From: an uncultured Nitrososphaerota archaeon
Lineage (GTDB): Archaea; Thermoproteota; EX4484-205; JAAOZP01
Assembly: GCA_964616835.1 (NCBI GenBank)
Contig: CAZTSG010000001.1
Coordinates: 8,830 to 72,829 of the forward strand
Direction of reading: 5' to 3'
DNA length: 64,000 nucleotides
Part shown: piece by piece, positions 1-8,911 of the stretch
How positions within the stretch are numbered: the stretch's first letter is position 1
How the letters are laid out: every line of letters begins with the position of its first letter
Notes under the pieces: generated by a model
The model's database searches: none
What the model was told of the DNA's origin: nothing
Seen by the model: the letters and a program-made list of their open reading frames with translations, nothing else
Program-made: the position numbers and the translations under genes

Positions 1-1
1 T

Positions 2-241
2 CGTTACGAGATTCGCATTAAACCAGGCGGGGAAATACCTTTGCAGGATATAAGGTCAATATCCGGAGTGACGGAGATCATACGGAGCGAAAACCGTGTA
101 ACAGTAGTATCTATGAAAGAAATAGGTAACGAACTGCTTTCTCTTGTTGCAAGACCACCGTTCAAAGAACTTGTTGAATCTCTAACTCCCATAGAACCCT
201 CTTGGGAAGAAATATACCGTTTCTACCAGGGAGGTGGATGA
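2..241 (+). CDS. partial CDS (5' end outside window): probable C-terminal domain of an ABC transporter ATP-binding protein
   Basis: Open frame runs from the window edge (frame of the 41..241 ORF). It ends 3 nt before the ABC-2-like permease gene. The C-terminal sequence resembles the extension of ABC-2 type ATPases. Weak. Confidence 0.3.
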   Translation, partial: RYEIRIKPGGEIPLQDIRSISGVTEIIRSENRVTVVSMKEIGNELLSLVARPPFKELVESLTPIEPSWEEIYRFYQGGG

Positions 242-244
242 GAA

Positions 245-1210
245 ATGATGAGTGACGCTTTCTCGATTGCACGGAAGGAATTTGTCGATGCAGTAACTGG
301 TAAGAGGCTATGGCTGGTTGCAGGAATATTCCTATTGTTTTCAATAGCCAGCACTTATTCAACATCCTTTGGCTTCATGATGGGGATTCAGCAAGCAACA
401 AGGCAGATGGTTCAGATAGCTTCAGCAATAGCTTCGACAACAGCATACATGGCTCCATTACTAGGCATAGCATTAGCCTTCGACGCCGTGTCTGGGGAAA
501 GGGAGCGCGGAACCCTTAGGCTCCTGCTTTCAAGACCAATATACAGGGAGGATGTGATAAACGGGAAGATAATATCAGCGCTCGCCGTAATAAGTTTAAC
601 TATGGCAATATCCTCGTTGGCATCAATATCAGTCTCAATACTACTGCACAATGTTGCTGTTACGCTCGACGATACTGCAAGAATCTGTGTCTTCGTAGCT
701 TTTTCAATAATTCTCTCCTTCGCATACTATGCCTTATCGCTTTTCATCTCGACATTCTCAAGCAAATCAAGCCACTCGCTCATAATTAGCATAGGCATCT
801 GGATTTTCTTTGCATTTATACTGCCCATAATAAGTAGCCTAGTTGCATTCATTGTCTTAGGGTCCCCTCCTGCTAGGGCTATTACTGTTTTCAATATGAC
901 GCAGAGACAGCAGTTCGGAAACTTCACGTTTCCAAGAGAGTCGGAAGAATATTTAAACTACAGGAAGAGGGTAGCAGAGATCTCGAGCACAGTAGAGTCT
1001 TTTTCAATAAATTATCATTACACGCAAATAACTAGTTCGCTCTTCGGCTTTGTCACAGGGCCTCTTGAATTCGGGCAGAGGGGAAGAGCAACCGCCAGCA
1101 TTTCTACAGTGCTTTCAACACGCATAGCTGACATCGTGATACTCATAGTCTTCCCAATGGTCTTCCTATTCGCCTCCTACATGGTGTTTACGAAGAGACA
1201 GGAAAAATAG
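245..1210 (+). CDS. polytopic membrane protein, ABC-2 family permease-like
   Basis: 321 aa with several hydrophobic helices. Tightly follows the partial ATPase-like ORF, an operon-like arrangement typical of ABC-2 exporters. Confidence 0.45.
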   Translation: MMSDAFSIARKEFVDAVTGKRLWLVAGIFLLFSIASTYSTSFGFMMGIQQATRQMVQIASAIASTTAYMAPLLGIALAFDAVSGERERGTLRLLLSRPIYREDVINGKIISALAVISLTMAISSLASISVSILLHNVAVTLDDTARICVFVAFSIILSFAYYALSLFISTFSSKSSHSLIISIGIWIFFAFILPIISSLVAFIVLGSPPARAITVFNMTQRQQFGNFTFPRESEEYLNYRKRVAEISSTVESFSINYHYTQITSSLFGFVTGPLEFGQRGRATASISTVLSTRIADIVILIVFPMVFLFASYMVFTKRQEK

Positions 1211-1248
1211 ACAGATATTTTCTCTCAAATAAAACACTATTAGTTTTC

Positions 1249-2127
1249 TCAACGCTTATTTTCATACTCCATCGTTAATGCTCCAATATTGCCTGTTAGA
1301 GGTAATTTACTGGCTACGGGATCTCCATAGTAAGTCCTGACATGCACTTCTCCAATGGGTAGGAGGTGGTTTAACAGGCTGGCCAAATCTGAAGGGTTTA
1401 ATGTCGTGTAGAATGGGTTTACCTCAATTATCTTTTTCGATGCCTCGACGCCACGTAGTTTTCTGAACACGTAGTCGTTGAAAGTGTAGAACTTGTCTTC
1501 AAGAATTAATCCATGGAGTTCTTCGATAATTGCTATGGTGCTCCCATATCTCAAGACCTTGCCCTTTGTTTTTAAATCCTCAAAGGCTTCTTCCGTTATT
1601 TTGACAGGGTAATAGCCGAAGTTGATAACACCATTTCTCTCCGAGAAGCCTATAGCATTCTTCAAATCGTGCCACTCAACATCATACGTTACTTTTCGAG
1701 CCCCAGAAACATCATTAAACGGTTGCGAGATGGTGTAATAAAGCCTCCTGTAGATCTTTCTGAATCCAACTTTTTCAAAGAGGCTTACTGCTAAAGCATT
1801 ATCCTCCATGACGAAAAGATAAACATGTTTGGAATTTAGACTGTTCAAGGCTATTTTTAAAAGACTGCTCCCTATCCCTCTCCCCCTGAAAACCTTATGG
1901 ACCAGTAGGCCCCCAATATAACCGGAATCGTAAATATAGTTCAGCGAATAAATGCATCCAATAACTTCATCATTAATCTCCGCTACAAAAATTTTGAAGC
2001 TTTCTAATTGGCTTAGCGTTTTCACTATGGGAATATTCATCAGATACGTGAAGGGGATGCCCTCATGCTGTTCGAACAGCTTAACTATTTTATCCACATC
2101 CCTGCTCTCCTTGATGACAATACCCAT
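1249..2127 (-). CDS. GNAT family N-acetyltransferase
   Basis: Motif VFRGRGIGSSLLKIA matches the GNAT acetyl-CoA binding motif (Q/RxxGxG/A). 292 aa. Confidence 0.6.
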   Translation of the reverse strand: MGIVIKESRDVDKIVKLFEQHEGIPFTYLMNIPIVKTLSQLESFKIFVAEINDEVIGCIYSLNYIYDSGYIGGLLVHKVFRGRGIGSSLLKIALNSLNSKHVYLFVMEDNALAVSLFEKVGFRKIYRRLYYTISQPFNDVSGARKVTYDVEWHDLKNAIGFSERNGVINFGYYPVKITEEAFEDLKTKGKVLRYGSTIAIIEELHGLILEDKFYTFNDYVFRKLRGVEASKKIIEVNPFYTTLNPSDLASLLNHLLPIGEVHVRTYYGDPVASKLPLTGNIGALTMEYENKR

Positions 2128-2142
2128 CCTACTGCAGCTTAC

Positions 2143-3759
2143 TCAATAGTCTGACTCAAAAGTGTTTCTTAAAACTCCCTTCTTCTCCTGCTGCCTCCTG
2201 TATAATTCGCCGACTCTCTTCAAAGTATCTACTTCGGATAGTGGTTTATCGCTTCGTATCCTTGTTATTCTCGCAAACCTTAGGGCGAAGCCAGACCTGT
2301 ACTTCGGGCTCCTCTGTATTTCGCTGTAGGCTACTTCAACAACTATCTCCGGCTTAACCCAGACAGTATTATCTTCTTCACCTATCTTCAGCTCTAATAG
2401 TCTCCTCGTCATTTCTTCAAACTCCTCGTCAGTTAAACCCTTGAATGTTTTCCCTATTATCTCATAGTTTCCAGTCTCCTCGTCTAATGCTGCTAAGAAG
2501 TAATCGCTTAACCATCCTGTCCTCCTACCGTATCCCCATTGGGCACCTACAATAACCAGGTCCAAGTAGTCTGCTGTTTTCAGTTTAAACCAGAGGTTGC
2601 CTCTTGCTCCAGGTATGTAGGGGCTTTGGAGAGACTTAGCTACAACTCCCTCATGCCCTTCCTCAACAGCTTTTCTCATGAATTCCTCAGCCTCACTGAT
2701 GTTTGAAGTAATTATTCTAGGGGTTAATTCTGAAGGCTTTACGATTCTTTCAAGCTCTTCCCATCTCCTAGAATACGGCTCGTCTATTAACTGCCTGCCG
2801 TTCAGATAAATCACGTCGAAAAGATATAGTTTTAGAGGTATGCGCTTCATCTCCTCCTCGATATTCTTAACCTTAGTAAACCTCCTCATCAAGTCTTGGA
2901 ACGGCAACGGCCTGCCGTCAGCCCCTACGGCTATGGCTTCACCGTCGAGTATGGCTTCTTCAGCATCTACTCCGTTAACAACTTCTTCGACCACGTCTGG
3001 AATGCTCACAGTCACTTCCGTTAAACGCCTGCTGAAAATCTTAATCTCGCTCCCTTTCTTATGAATCTGTACCCTCGCCCCGTCAAACTTGTATTCGAGA
3101 GCAACAGCCTTATGATACTTGAATACCTCTTGAAAACTGTAGGCCATTTGCGCGAGCATCGGCTTAACCGGATGGAAAAGCGTTAGACTAATGGACTTTA
3201 AACCCTCCTTGCCTGAGGTGAGGGCGACTTCAGCAACCTTGCCAAGGTTTCCCGAGAACATTAAAGCCCTCCTGACGAGGTCTAGGCTAGTGTTGGATGC
3301 CTTAGAAATGGCTTCAAGCATTACCCCCTCTCCAACTCCATGCTGCATTTCTCCAAAAATGTTTTTCACAATATACTTTGCTTCAAGCTCTGAAGCTCTT
3401 TCAAGCATCGACCTTAACAGAAGCTCCTTATTCTCCCTGGACTTTGGTCCTGTAACCTTTGCAATCCTATCGAAATAGTCTGCAACATTTAAAATAGTGA
3501 GGGGCTTTTCGAAAAGAGTTTTCTGAGGTGTAGACTCTAAGATCCTGCTTATTGTTGCAAAGCCTATTTCAAGAGTTTTAGAAGAAGACTCCGGAAATAT
3601 TTCACCCACTATCAAGAGCACTGCTGGCGCTATTTCTTCCCTCTTAAGCTTCTTCAAGAACTCGCTTATCATCTTAACTTTCTCCAACCTCTTAGTTGTT
3701 CTGGAGAGTTTTTCACAGAGCTCCGCAAGCTTGCTGAACAACGTATACTGACCTTCCAT
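2143..3759 (-). CDS. lig: ATP-dependent DNA ligase
   Basis: 538 aa. The adenylation motif KxDG is present as EYKFDGARVQIH. The length and motif order are typical of archaeal ATP-dependent DNA ligases. Confidence 0.9.
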   Translation of the reverse strand: MEGQYTLFSKLAELCEKLSRTTKRLEKVKMISEFLKKLKREEIAPAVLLIVGEIFPESSSKTLEIGFATISRILESTPQKTLFEKPLTILNVADYFDRIAKVTGPKSRENKELLLRSMLERASELEAKYIVKNIFGEMQHGVGEGVMLEAISKASNTSLDLVRRALMFSGNLGKVAEVALTSGKEGLKSISLTLFHPVKPMLAQMAYSFQEVFKYHKAVALEYKFDGARVQIHKKGSEIKIFSRRLTEVTVSIPDVVEEVVNGVDAEEAILDGEAIAVGADGRPLPFQDLMRRFTKVKNIEEEMKRIPLKLYLFDVIYLNGRQLIDEPYSRRWEELERIVKPSELTPRIITSNISEAEEFMRKAVEEGHEGVVAKSLQSPYIPGARGNLWFKLKTADYLDLVIVGAQWGYGRRTGWLSDYFLAALDEETGNYEIIGKTFKGLTDEEFEEMTRRLLELKIGEEDNTVWVKPEIVVEVAYSEIQRSPKYRSGFALRFARITRIRSDKPLSEVDTLKRVGELYRRQQEKKGVLRNTFESDY

Positions 3760-3840
3760 TTTCCTCCGGCTCTTCGGAGGAATAATGCTTGGAAAGCTGA
3801 TAAACCTATTGTGTTTTTAAGCAGGTAAATCCTCTGCATC

Positions 3841-4248
3841 ATGAGCCCAATGGCTGTCGAGAAGCTATCACTAGCATTGGCGAGGGCGATCTTCTACTTT
3901 AAAGGGTTTATCTGGCTTCTTAAGAGGAGGAGAGCGTATTCGATGGAAGACGTTTTAAAACTCTTCTATATAGATTTCCTCAAAATAGATGAGAAGTATA
4001 TCGAAGTCGTAAAGCTGGATGAGAACGAGCTCATAACTAGGTGTAGCAATCCATGTCCTATTTTAGAGCTTGCTAAGCGTCTTAATCTAGATACTAAGTA
4101 TGTATGTAAAGAGGTCTCCGAACCGGTCTGCAAATTCGTATTGAACAAGCTTAATCCAAGGCTAGTGTTTGAGAGAAACTATGAACACGTAAGACCATAC
4201 GTTGAGAGCTGCGAAGAACGCATATATTGGAGGCAAGGTGAGAAATAA
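3841..4248 (+). CDS. hypothetical protein (Cys-containing, 135 aa)
   Basis: ORF only; contains a CSNPCP ... VCK motif. No family recognised. Confidence 0.3.
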   Translation: MSPMAVEKLSLALARAIFYFKGFIWLLKRRRAYSMEDVLKLFYIDFLKIDEKYIEVVKLDENELITRCSNPCPILELAKRLNLDTKYVCKEVSEPVCKFVLNKLNPRLVFERNYEHVRPYVESCEERIYWRQGEK

Positions 4249-4302
4249 AGTTGCCTAGAAGCTACTGGTTGCGGCGGTATTGTTAAGCATATTTTTGAAG
4301 GA

Positions 4303-5379
4303 TTAGCTAATCAGAAGTTCCTCTAGCCCAAGGGCTCTGTAATAAGCCTTTAGCGACCCTCCGTGCAGCAATACCCTCATGGCGGAGGCTAGTTTCACAG
4401 CAATCTCCTCTTCCCATCTCCTCCCAAACCTCTTCCTAGACTCCGCTGCAACACGTCTAATTGCTTCAGCATGGTTTAACCCCTTCTCTAGCAGGTTGAG
4501 AACCTCAAGAACGTCTCGGGGGATTTTTAACGCGCTAATCTCGTCTTCATAGCTTAGGGTTAAGAGCCTCAGGTATTCGCCTACTGTAACTGGTTTCCCA
4601 TTCCAGCATAGTGTTGCATTAACGCCTCTCCGAGCCGCCTCAACCCTAGACTGAAGATAGGCTTCATGCGTTAAATTGTTGCAGGCTTTACTTCCATTCA
4701 TCCAAGCTGAAGTCAAAATCCTCAGTATTGTCATCACGGTGCAAATGTACGGGGGAATGTTGCTGTCGCAAACCCTTATTTCAAGCGTAGGAGGCTTATG
4801 CTTATTCGCTGGGTTAAGATTCATCTCCCTGTAGTGGTTCTGGTTTAACTCGCCTTTGGTTACGGGTATGCAGTACCTTCCTCCAACGCGCAGCATCCTG
4901 TTAGACGAGTATCTCGTTATCCTCCTCCTCCAGACCGGTGAGTTGGAGGAAACCGCTATGAGGAAAGGAATATGGTCGTGAATATAGTTTGCTAGGCTCA
5001 GAGCCTCCTCTCTTCCCAACCCCTTCTCTTTAAAACCTATGTGGAAGTGTGCCCCTGCAAACCTGTCGTTCCACCCTCCTATTGGAAGTGGGAGAGCATT
5101 ACAGCTATTAGATGGATCAGCGTATTTCCCGAGACCTCGGTCTATAGCATATAGCGCCTCAGTTATGTTTTCAAAAGGCTTAGTAACGTATTCCGAACCT
5201 ATACTCTTATCGATGGTAAACCTTTCCCCGCCTTCCGAAGACTTTTCACTGGGAAGCAGCACGCTTCTCGATATTCTTTTCTCCCTAATCAAGATAGTGT
5301 AGCACTCTATCTCAACACCTATCGTGATAGGCTCCTTCTCCTCAACCAGCATGCAACTTGTGCTTCTCGTTTTCAGCAA
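4303..5379 (-). CDS. glutamate--cysteine ligase family 2 (YbdK-like carboxylate-amine ligase)
   Basis: 358 aa. Motifs GVEIECYTI (GxExE) and AGAHFHIGF (HxH.G) resemble the GCS2/YbdK family. Confidence 0.5.
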   Translation of the reverse strand: MLKTRSTSCMLVEEKEPITIGVEIECYTILIREKRISRSVLLPSEKSSEGGERFTIDKSIGSEYVTKPFENITEALYAIDRGLGKYADPSNSCNALPLPIGGWNDRFAGAHFHIGFKEKGLGREEALSLANYIHDHIPFLIAVSSNSPVWRRRITRYSSNRMLRVGGRYCIPVTKGELNQNHYREMNLNPANKHKPPTLEIRVCDSNIPPYICTVMTILRILTSAWMNGSKACNNLTHEAYLQSRVEAARRGVNATLCWNGKPVTVGEYLRLLTLSYEDEISALKIPRDVLEVLNLLEKGLNHAEAIRRVAAESRKRFGRRWEEEIAVKLASAMRVLLHGGSLKAYYRALGLEELLIS

Positions 5380-5479
5380 GCTACTAACGTTAAGGCGAAA
5401 TATAAAATTTATCTTATAATTAAATCTATTTTACTAAATGAATAATGGTTCTTTCCCATTATTCAACGAGGCTTTTCAA

Positions 5480-5800
5480 CGATTCCTGTTTTGAATCACG
5501 ATTCGTGTTCTTAACTGGTTTCAGTGTTTTAAACAGAGGTCTAAATCCTTTTAATCCTTCAACAGTTTTAAACAGGCTAGGAGAAACTGGAAAGATTTTT
5601 CCTAAGCCGATTATCTTTAAAAAACACGTCTTGCAGGAAAACAACTCTCTGAATAACACTGGGAAAAACTGTTTCCCAACCATAATTGAAGAATTCTCCG
5701 AAAACTGTTTGCATTAAAACAGTTAATTTCCGAGAGAGACTTCTAACATCATTGTCATTTCCAAAGCATTTTTTAACCCTTTTTCGAAAACAGATTGAAA
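5480..5800. promoter_or_regulatory. cluster of TGTTT(N)AAACA-type palindromes and half-sites in an AT-rich spacer
   Basis: Direct reading shows tgttttaaaca (~5524-5534), cagttttaaacag (~5563-5575), gggaaaaactgtttccc (~5661-5677) and aactgtttgcattaaaacagtt (~5703-5724, an 8-bp perfect inverted repeat). Further CTGTTT/AAACAG half-sites are present. Confidence 0.35.
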
Positions 5801-6233
5801 ATTGAAGATGCTTCAAATAAACCGGCTCTAGAAAGAAATGGTTTGAAATACTCTGTGTTTCTGAAAGCTATAGTATGCAAGACCAAGGAGACAAACTGGT
5901 TCCTAAAAAACCGTAAGCATGTGGAACATTGTAGCTGGCAAACCTATTTCTGGGCTTAGACGAACCTGCCTGCCATAGAAATTAATTCTAAGCGGGTTTC
6001 CCCGCCTGTTCAACACAGTTGAACCGTCTCAAATGGAGAGCTGAATATATGTTGAAACAAGAAGGGTTGCGAATAAGCATGCAGGCAACTATGGCTGAAG
6101 AATGTGTTTCTACTTGGTTTAAAACCTAGATTATTGATTCTACGATGTTGGATCAATGAAGGTTTATGGCTGTGCAAAGTTCAGGAAAACTTTATATCTA
6201 GGTATGTGATATACTTAGATAGGTGATATTAAG

Positions 6234-6644
6234 ATGTGTGGTGGAAGGAAACTGCCTGCTGGATCATGCTACCACGGTGAAGGAGGGTGCCACGGTGAAG
6301 GGGGGCACATCTATCTTAAGGAAACCCCTGTTAGAGGGCTTTTACACCTATCAATCCTGAACTTGGTTAAGAACGGGCCTGTTTACGGTGCTGAAATATA
6401 TAGGGCTTTAAAAGAAAAGTATAACATTGAGGCTCCAAAAGCCATAATCTACGGTCTACTGAGAAGAATGGAGTACGCTGGCTTCCTAGCTTCAACATGG
6501 GATGTGGAGGGTGGAGGGCCTGCGAGAAGAAAGTATAAGATTACTGAGGAAGGATTAGACTATCTTAAAGACTCGCTGGAAAACCTTAGGAAGGTTAAGG
6601 GGGTAATCGACATTCTCCTCGCTGAGGATGTTGGCAAAGCCTAA
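6234..6644 (+). CDS. PadR family transcriptional regulator with a Cys/His-rich N-terminal extension
   Basis: Winged-helix PadR signature (YGAEIYRAL ... YGLLRRMEYAGFL ... RRKYKITEEG). The N-terminus reads CGG...CYHGEGGCHGEGGH, a tandem HGEGG peptide repeat. It immediately precedes an ABC transporter operon. Confidence 0.7.
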   Translation: MCGGRKLPAGSCYHGEGGCHGEGGHIYLKETPVRGLLHLSILNLVKNGPVYGAEIYRALKEKYNIEAPKAIIYGLLRRMEYAGFLASTWDVEGGGPARRKYKITEEGLDYLKDSLENLRKVKGVIDILLAEDVGKA

Positions 6645-6658
6645 AGGCGGCGAATCCT

Positions 6659-7579
6659 GTGAAAGCTATAGATGCTTTAGACCTTTACAAAAGGTTCGGT
6701 AGCATAGTGGCTGTAGACAGTGTTAGCTTCCAGGTGGAGGAAGGCGAGATATTCGGTCTTCTAGGTCCAAACGGTGCCGGTAAGACGACGACTATCCGCA
6801 TGTTAACAGGCATACTCAAGCCTGATAGAGGAGAGGCTAGAATAATGGGGTACAATATCCATAAGGATCCTGTTAAAGCAAGAATGTTGATCGGGGTGGT
6901 TCCTGAAGAGGCTAATCCGTATCCTGACCTGTCAGCTTGGGATAACCTGATGCTGGTTGGACGCTTATATGGTCTTCCGAAACACGCAGTGGGGGACAGA
7001 GCCTCTAGTCTGCTAAGACTCTTAGACCTATACGATGCTAGGAAACGGAGGGCTGGAAACCTTTCTAAGGGGATGAGGCAGAAGCTTCTCGTGGCTATGG
7101 CTTTAATCGGAGAGCCTAAGGTACTCTTCTTAGATGAACCTACATCCGGGCTTGATGTGTTGAGCACTAGAAAGATACGTAGCCTAATCCTTGACTTGAA
7201 GAAGAATGGTGTCACCATTCTTCTGACGACGCATAACGTAGAGGAGGCTGGAACTCTATGCGACAGGATTCTCATAATAAATGGTGGGCGAGTGGTTGAG
7301 ATGGGGACTCCAGAAGACCTTAGAATTAAGTCCGGGCTGTACACTTATGTGTCTGTGACGCTTAACAGAGCAGTAGACGAGAAGGATGCAGCGGGATTCT
7401 TTGATGAGTGGGATTACAGGATTCAGGGTTCTAGGATTCTCTTTGTTTGCAGTGATCTGACAAAACTGATGGTTAGAATAGTTGAATACGCTAAGGCGAA
7501 GGGTCTCGACATAGTCAACATAAGCACAGCACCGCCAAGCTTAGAGGACGTGTTTGTAAAAGTCATTGCAGGAGGATAG
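6659..7579 (+). CDS. ABC transporter ATP-binding protein (ABC-2/DrrA type), GTG start
   Basis: Walker A GPNGAGKTT, ABC signature LSKGMRQKL and Walker B LLFLDEPTSGLD. 306 aa with a C-terminal extension. Confidence 0.85.
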   Translation: MKAIDALDLYKRFGSIVAVDSVSFQVEEGEIFGLLGPNGAGKTTTIRMLTGILKPDRGEARIMGYNIHKDPVKARMLIGVVPEEANPYPDLSAWDNLMLVGRLYGLPKHAVGDRASSLLRLLDLYDARKRRAGNLSKGMRQKLLVAMALIGEPKVLFLDEPTSGLDVLSTRKIRSLILDLKKNGVTILLTTHNVEEAGTLCDRILIINGGRVVEMGTPEDLRIKSGLYTYVSVTLNRAVDEKDAAGFFDEWDYRIQGSRILFVCSDLTKLMVRIVEYAKAKGLDIVNISTAPPSLEDVFVKVIAGG

Positions 7580-8345
7580 AAGGATGAAAACCGTATCCTT
7601 TAGGCATTTCTCGATAGGTGTATGGACAATATGCTGGAAGGACATTAAACTTTACTATGCTAAGGGACCAATAGTTGTTACAGGTGTGCTTTTCCCTCTT
7701 TTTCTTTGGGCTGCCTTCTACATGGGCAGAGGCCTAGATTTTAATGAAGGATTGGCATCACTAGTAACGTTATCAATCTTCTTCACCTCTTCTTCAGTCA
7801 CACCAATAATAGCACCATGGGAAACTAGGCAGAGAACATTGGAGATGCTTATGTCCAGACCAGTAACAGTGACTACAATACTGGTTGGTGATATCTTGGC
7901 TTCAACGATCTTCGGGTTAATCTTCATAATTCCAATATTTTTATGCGGCGTAGTCCTAGGAGCGATACCAAGCAACGTTTTACTGGCTGCACTATTAACT
8001 GTGATTACCGCCGTAGGATTCTCATCTCTTGGAGTGCTTTTCTCCGCGTTACCTACCGATACACCTGCAGACGTCGTCTTATTAGCTAGCACCGTTAAGC
8101 TGCCCTTAATATTCGTTAGCGGAGTGTTAATACCGCTTTCACAGCTTCCGGAATGGGCTCTAGCAATAGCTGTGGTCTCTCCCTTAACTTATCCCACAGA
8201 CCTTTTGAGGGGGCTTTACATAGGCAACACGTTTTTCCCAATGTTCGCAGATTTTTCAGCTACAGTTGTCTTAACAGTCATATTTACACTAGGTGCTCTA
8301 ATACTTCATAAAAGAACGCTCTTCGCTAGACTACAAAAAAGATAG
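7566..8345 (+). CDS. ABC-2 family transporter permease
   Basis: 259 aa with six predicted TM helices. Its start overlaps the end of the ATPase gene. Confidence 0.7.
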   Translation: MQEDRRMKTVSFRHFSIGVWTICWKDIKLYYAKGPIVVTGVLFPLFLWAAFYMGRGLDFNEGLASLVTLSIFFTSSSVTPIIAPWETRQRTLEMLMSRPVTVTTILVGDILASTIFGLIFIIPIFLCGVVLGAIPSNVLLAALLTVITAVGFSSLGVLFSALPTDTPADVVLLASTVKLPLIFVSGVLIPLSQLPEWALAIAVVSPLTYPTDLLRGLYIGNTFFPMFADFSATVVLTVIFTLGALILHKRTLFARLQKR

Positions 8346-8391
8346 CTAAACTTTGGGTTGCTAACAATCTCCATCCAGAATTACGTTTTTA

Positions 8392-8898
8392 CTAATGGGT
8401 TATCCCTATTTTCGTATATATTTCTCTCGGGCTTTTTGCTTCAACTACTAGATTTACAAAATCGGCTCTATTAAAAAGCTCGGGAGGTGCGTACCTGCCT
8501 GTTAAAACCACGTCAGTCTCCTCTGGAGCTTCGTCTAACAGCTTCAACACTTCTTCAACAGGCACTAGGCCAACGTAAGTTGCTAGAGCAAGCTCGTCCA
8601 GAACCAGGAGGGCAGGTTTCTCTCTAAGCTTCTCCCTAGCCAATGAAAGGCCTTTTCTCGCCGCCTCCTTATCCTCTTCGGAAGGATTCCTGAGGTCTAC
8701 CCAGCTTTCTCTGCCTGCTAGGTGGATCTCGTACTCCGGTTTTAAGCGCTCAGACACAAGGTATTCACCAGTTTTCCACCCTTTCATGAACTGTATTATC
8801 ACGACCCTAAGCCCATGGCCTACTGCTCTAACCGCTAAGCCTATAGCATTGGTGGTCTTGCCCGCCCCGGTACCGGTGTAGAGAAATACCTTACCCAC
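8392..8898 (-). CDS. cobA: cob(I)yrinic acid a,c-diamide / corrinoid adenosyltransferase (CobA/BtuR type)
   Basis: N-terminal P-loop GTGAGKTTNAIGLAVRAVGHG and IIQFMKG, characteristic of the CobA/CobO family. 168 aa. Confidence 0.65.
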   Translation of the reverse strand: MGKVFLYTGTGAGKTTNAIGLAVRAVGHGLRVVIIQFMKGWKTGEYLVSERLKPEYEIHLAGRESWVDLRNPSEEDKEAARKGLSLAREKLREKPALLVLDELALATYVGLVPVEEVLKLLDEAPEETDVVLTGRYAPPELFNRADFVNLVVEAKSPREIYTKIGITH

Positions 8899-8911
8899 CT
8901 GCTCTCACCTC

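Noticed and set aside
5445-5816. Three mutually overlapping 74-90-aa ORFs on both strands
   Set aside because: They lie in the AT-rich palindromic spacer and have low-complexity, Phe/Leu/Lys-rich composition driven by the repeats. The region is more plausibly regulatory or ncRNA.
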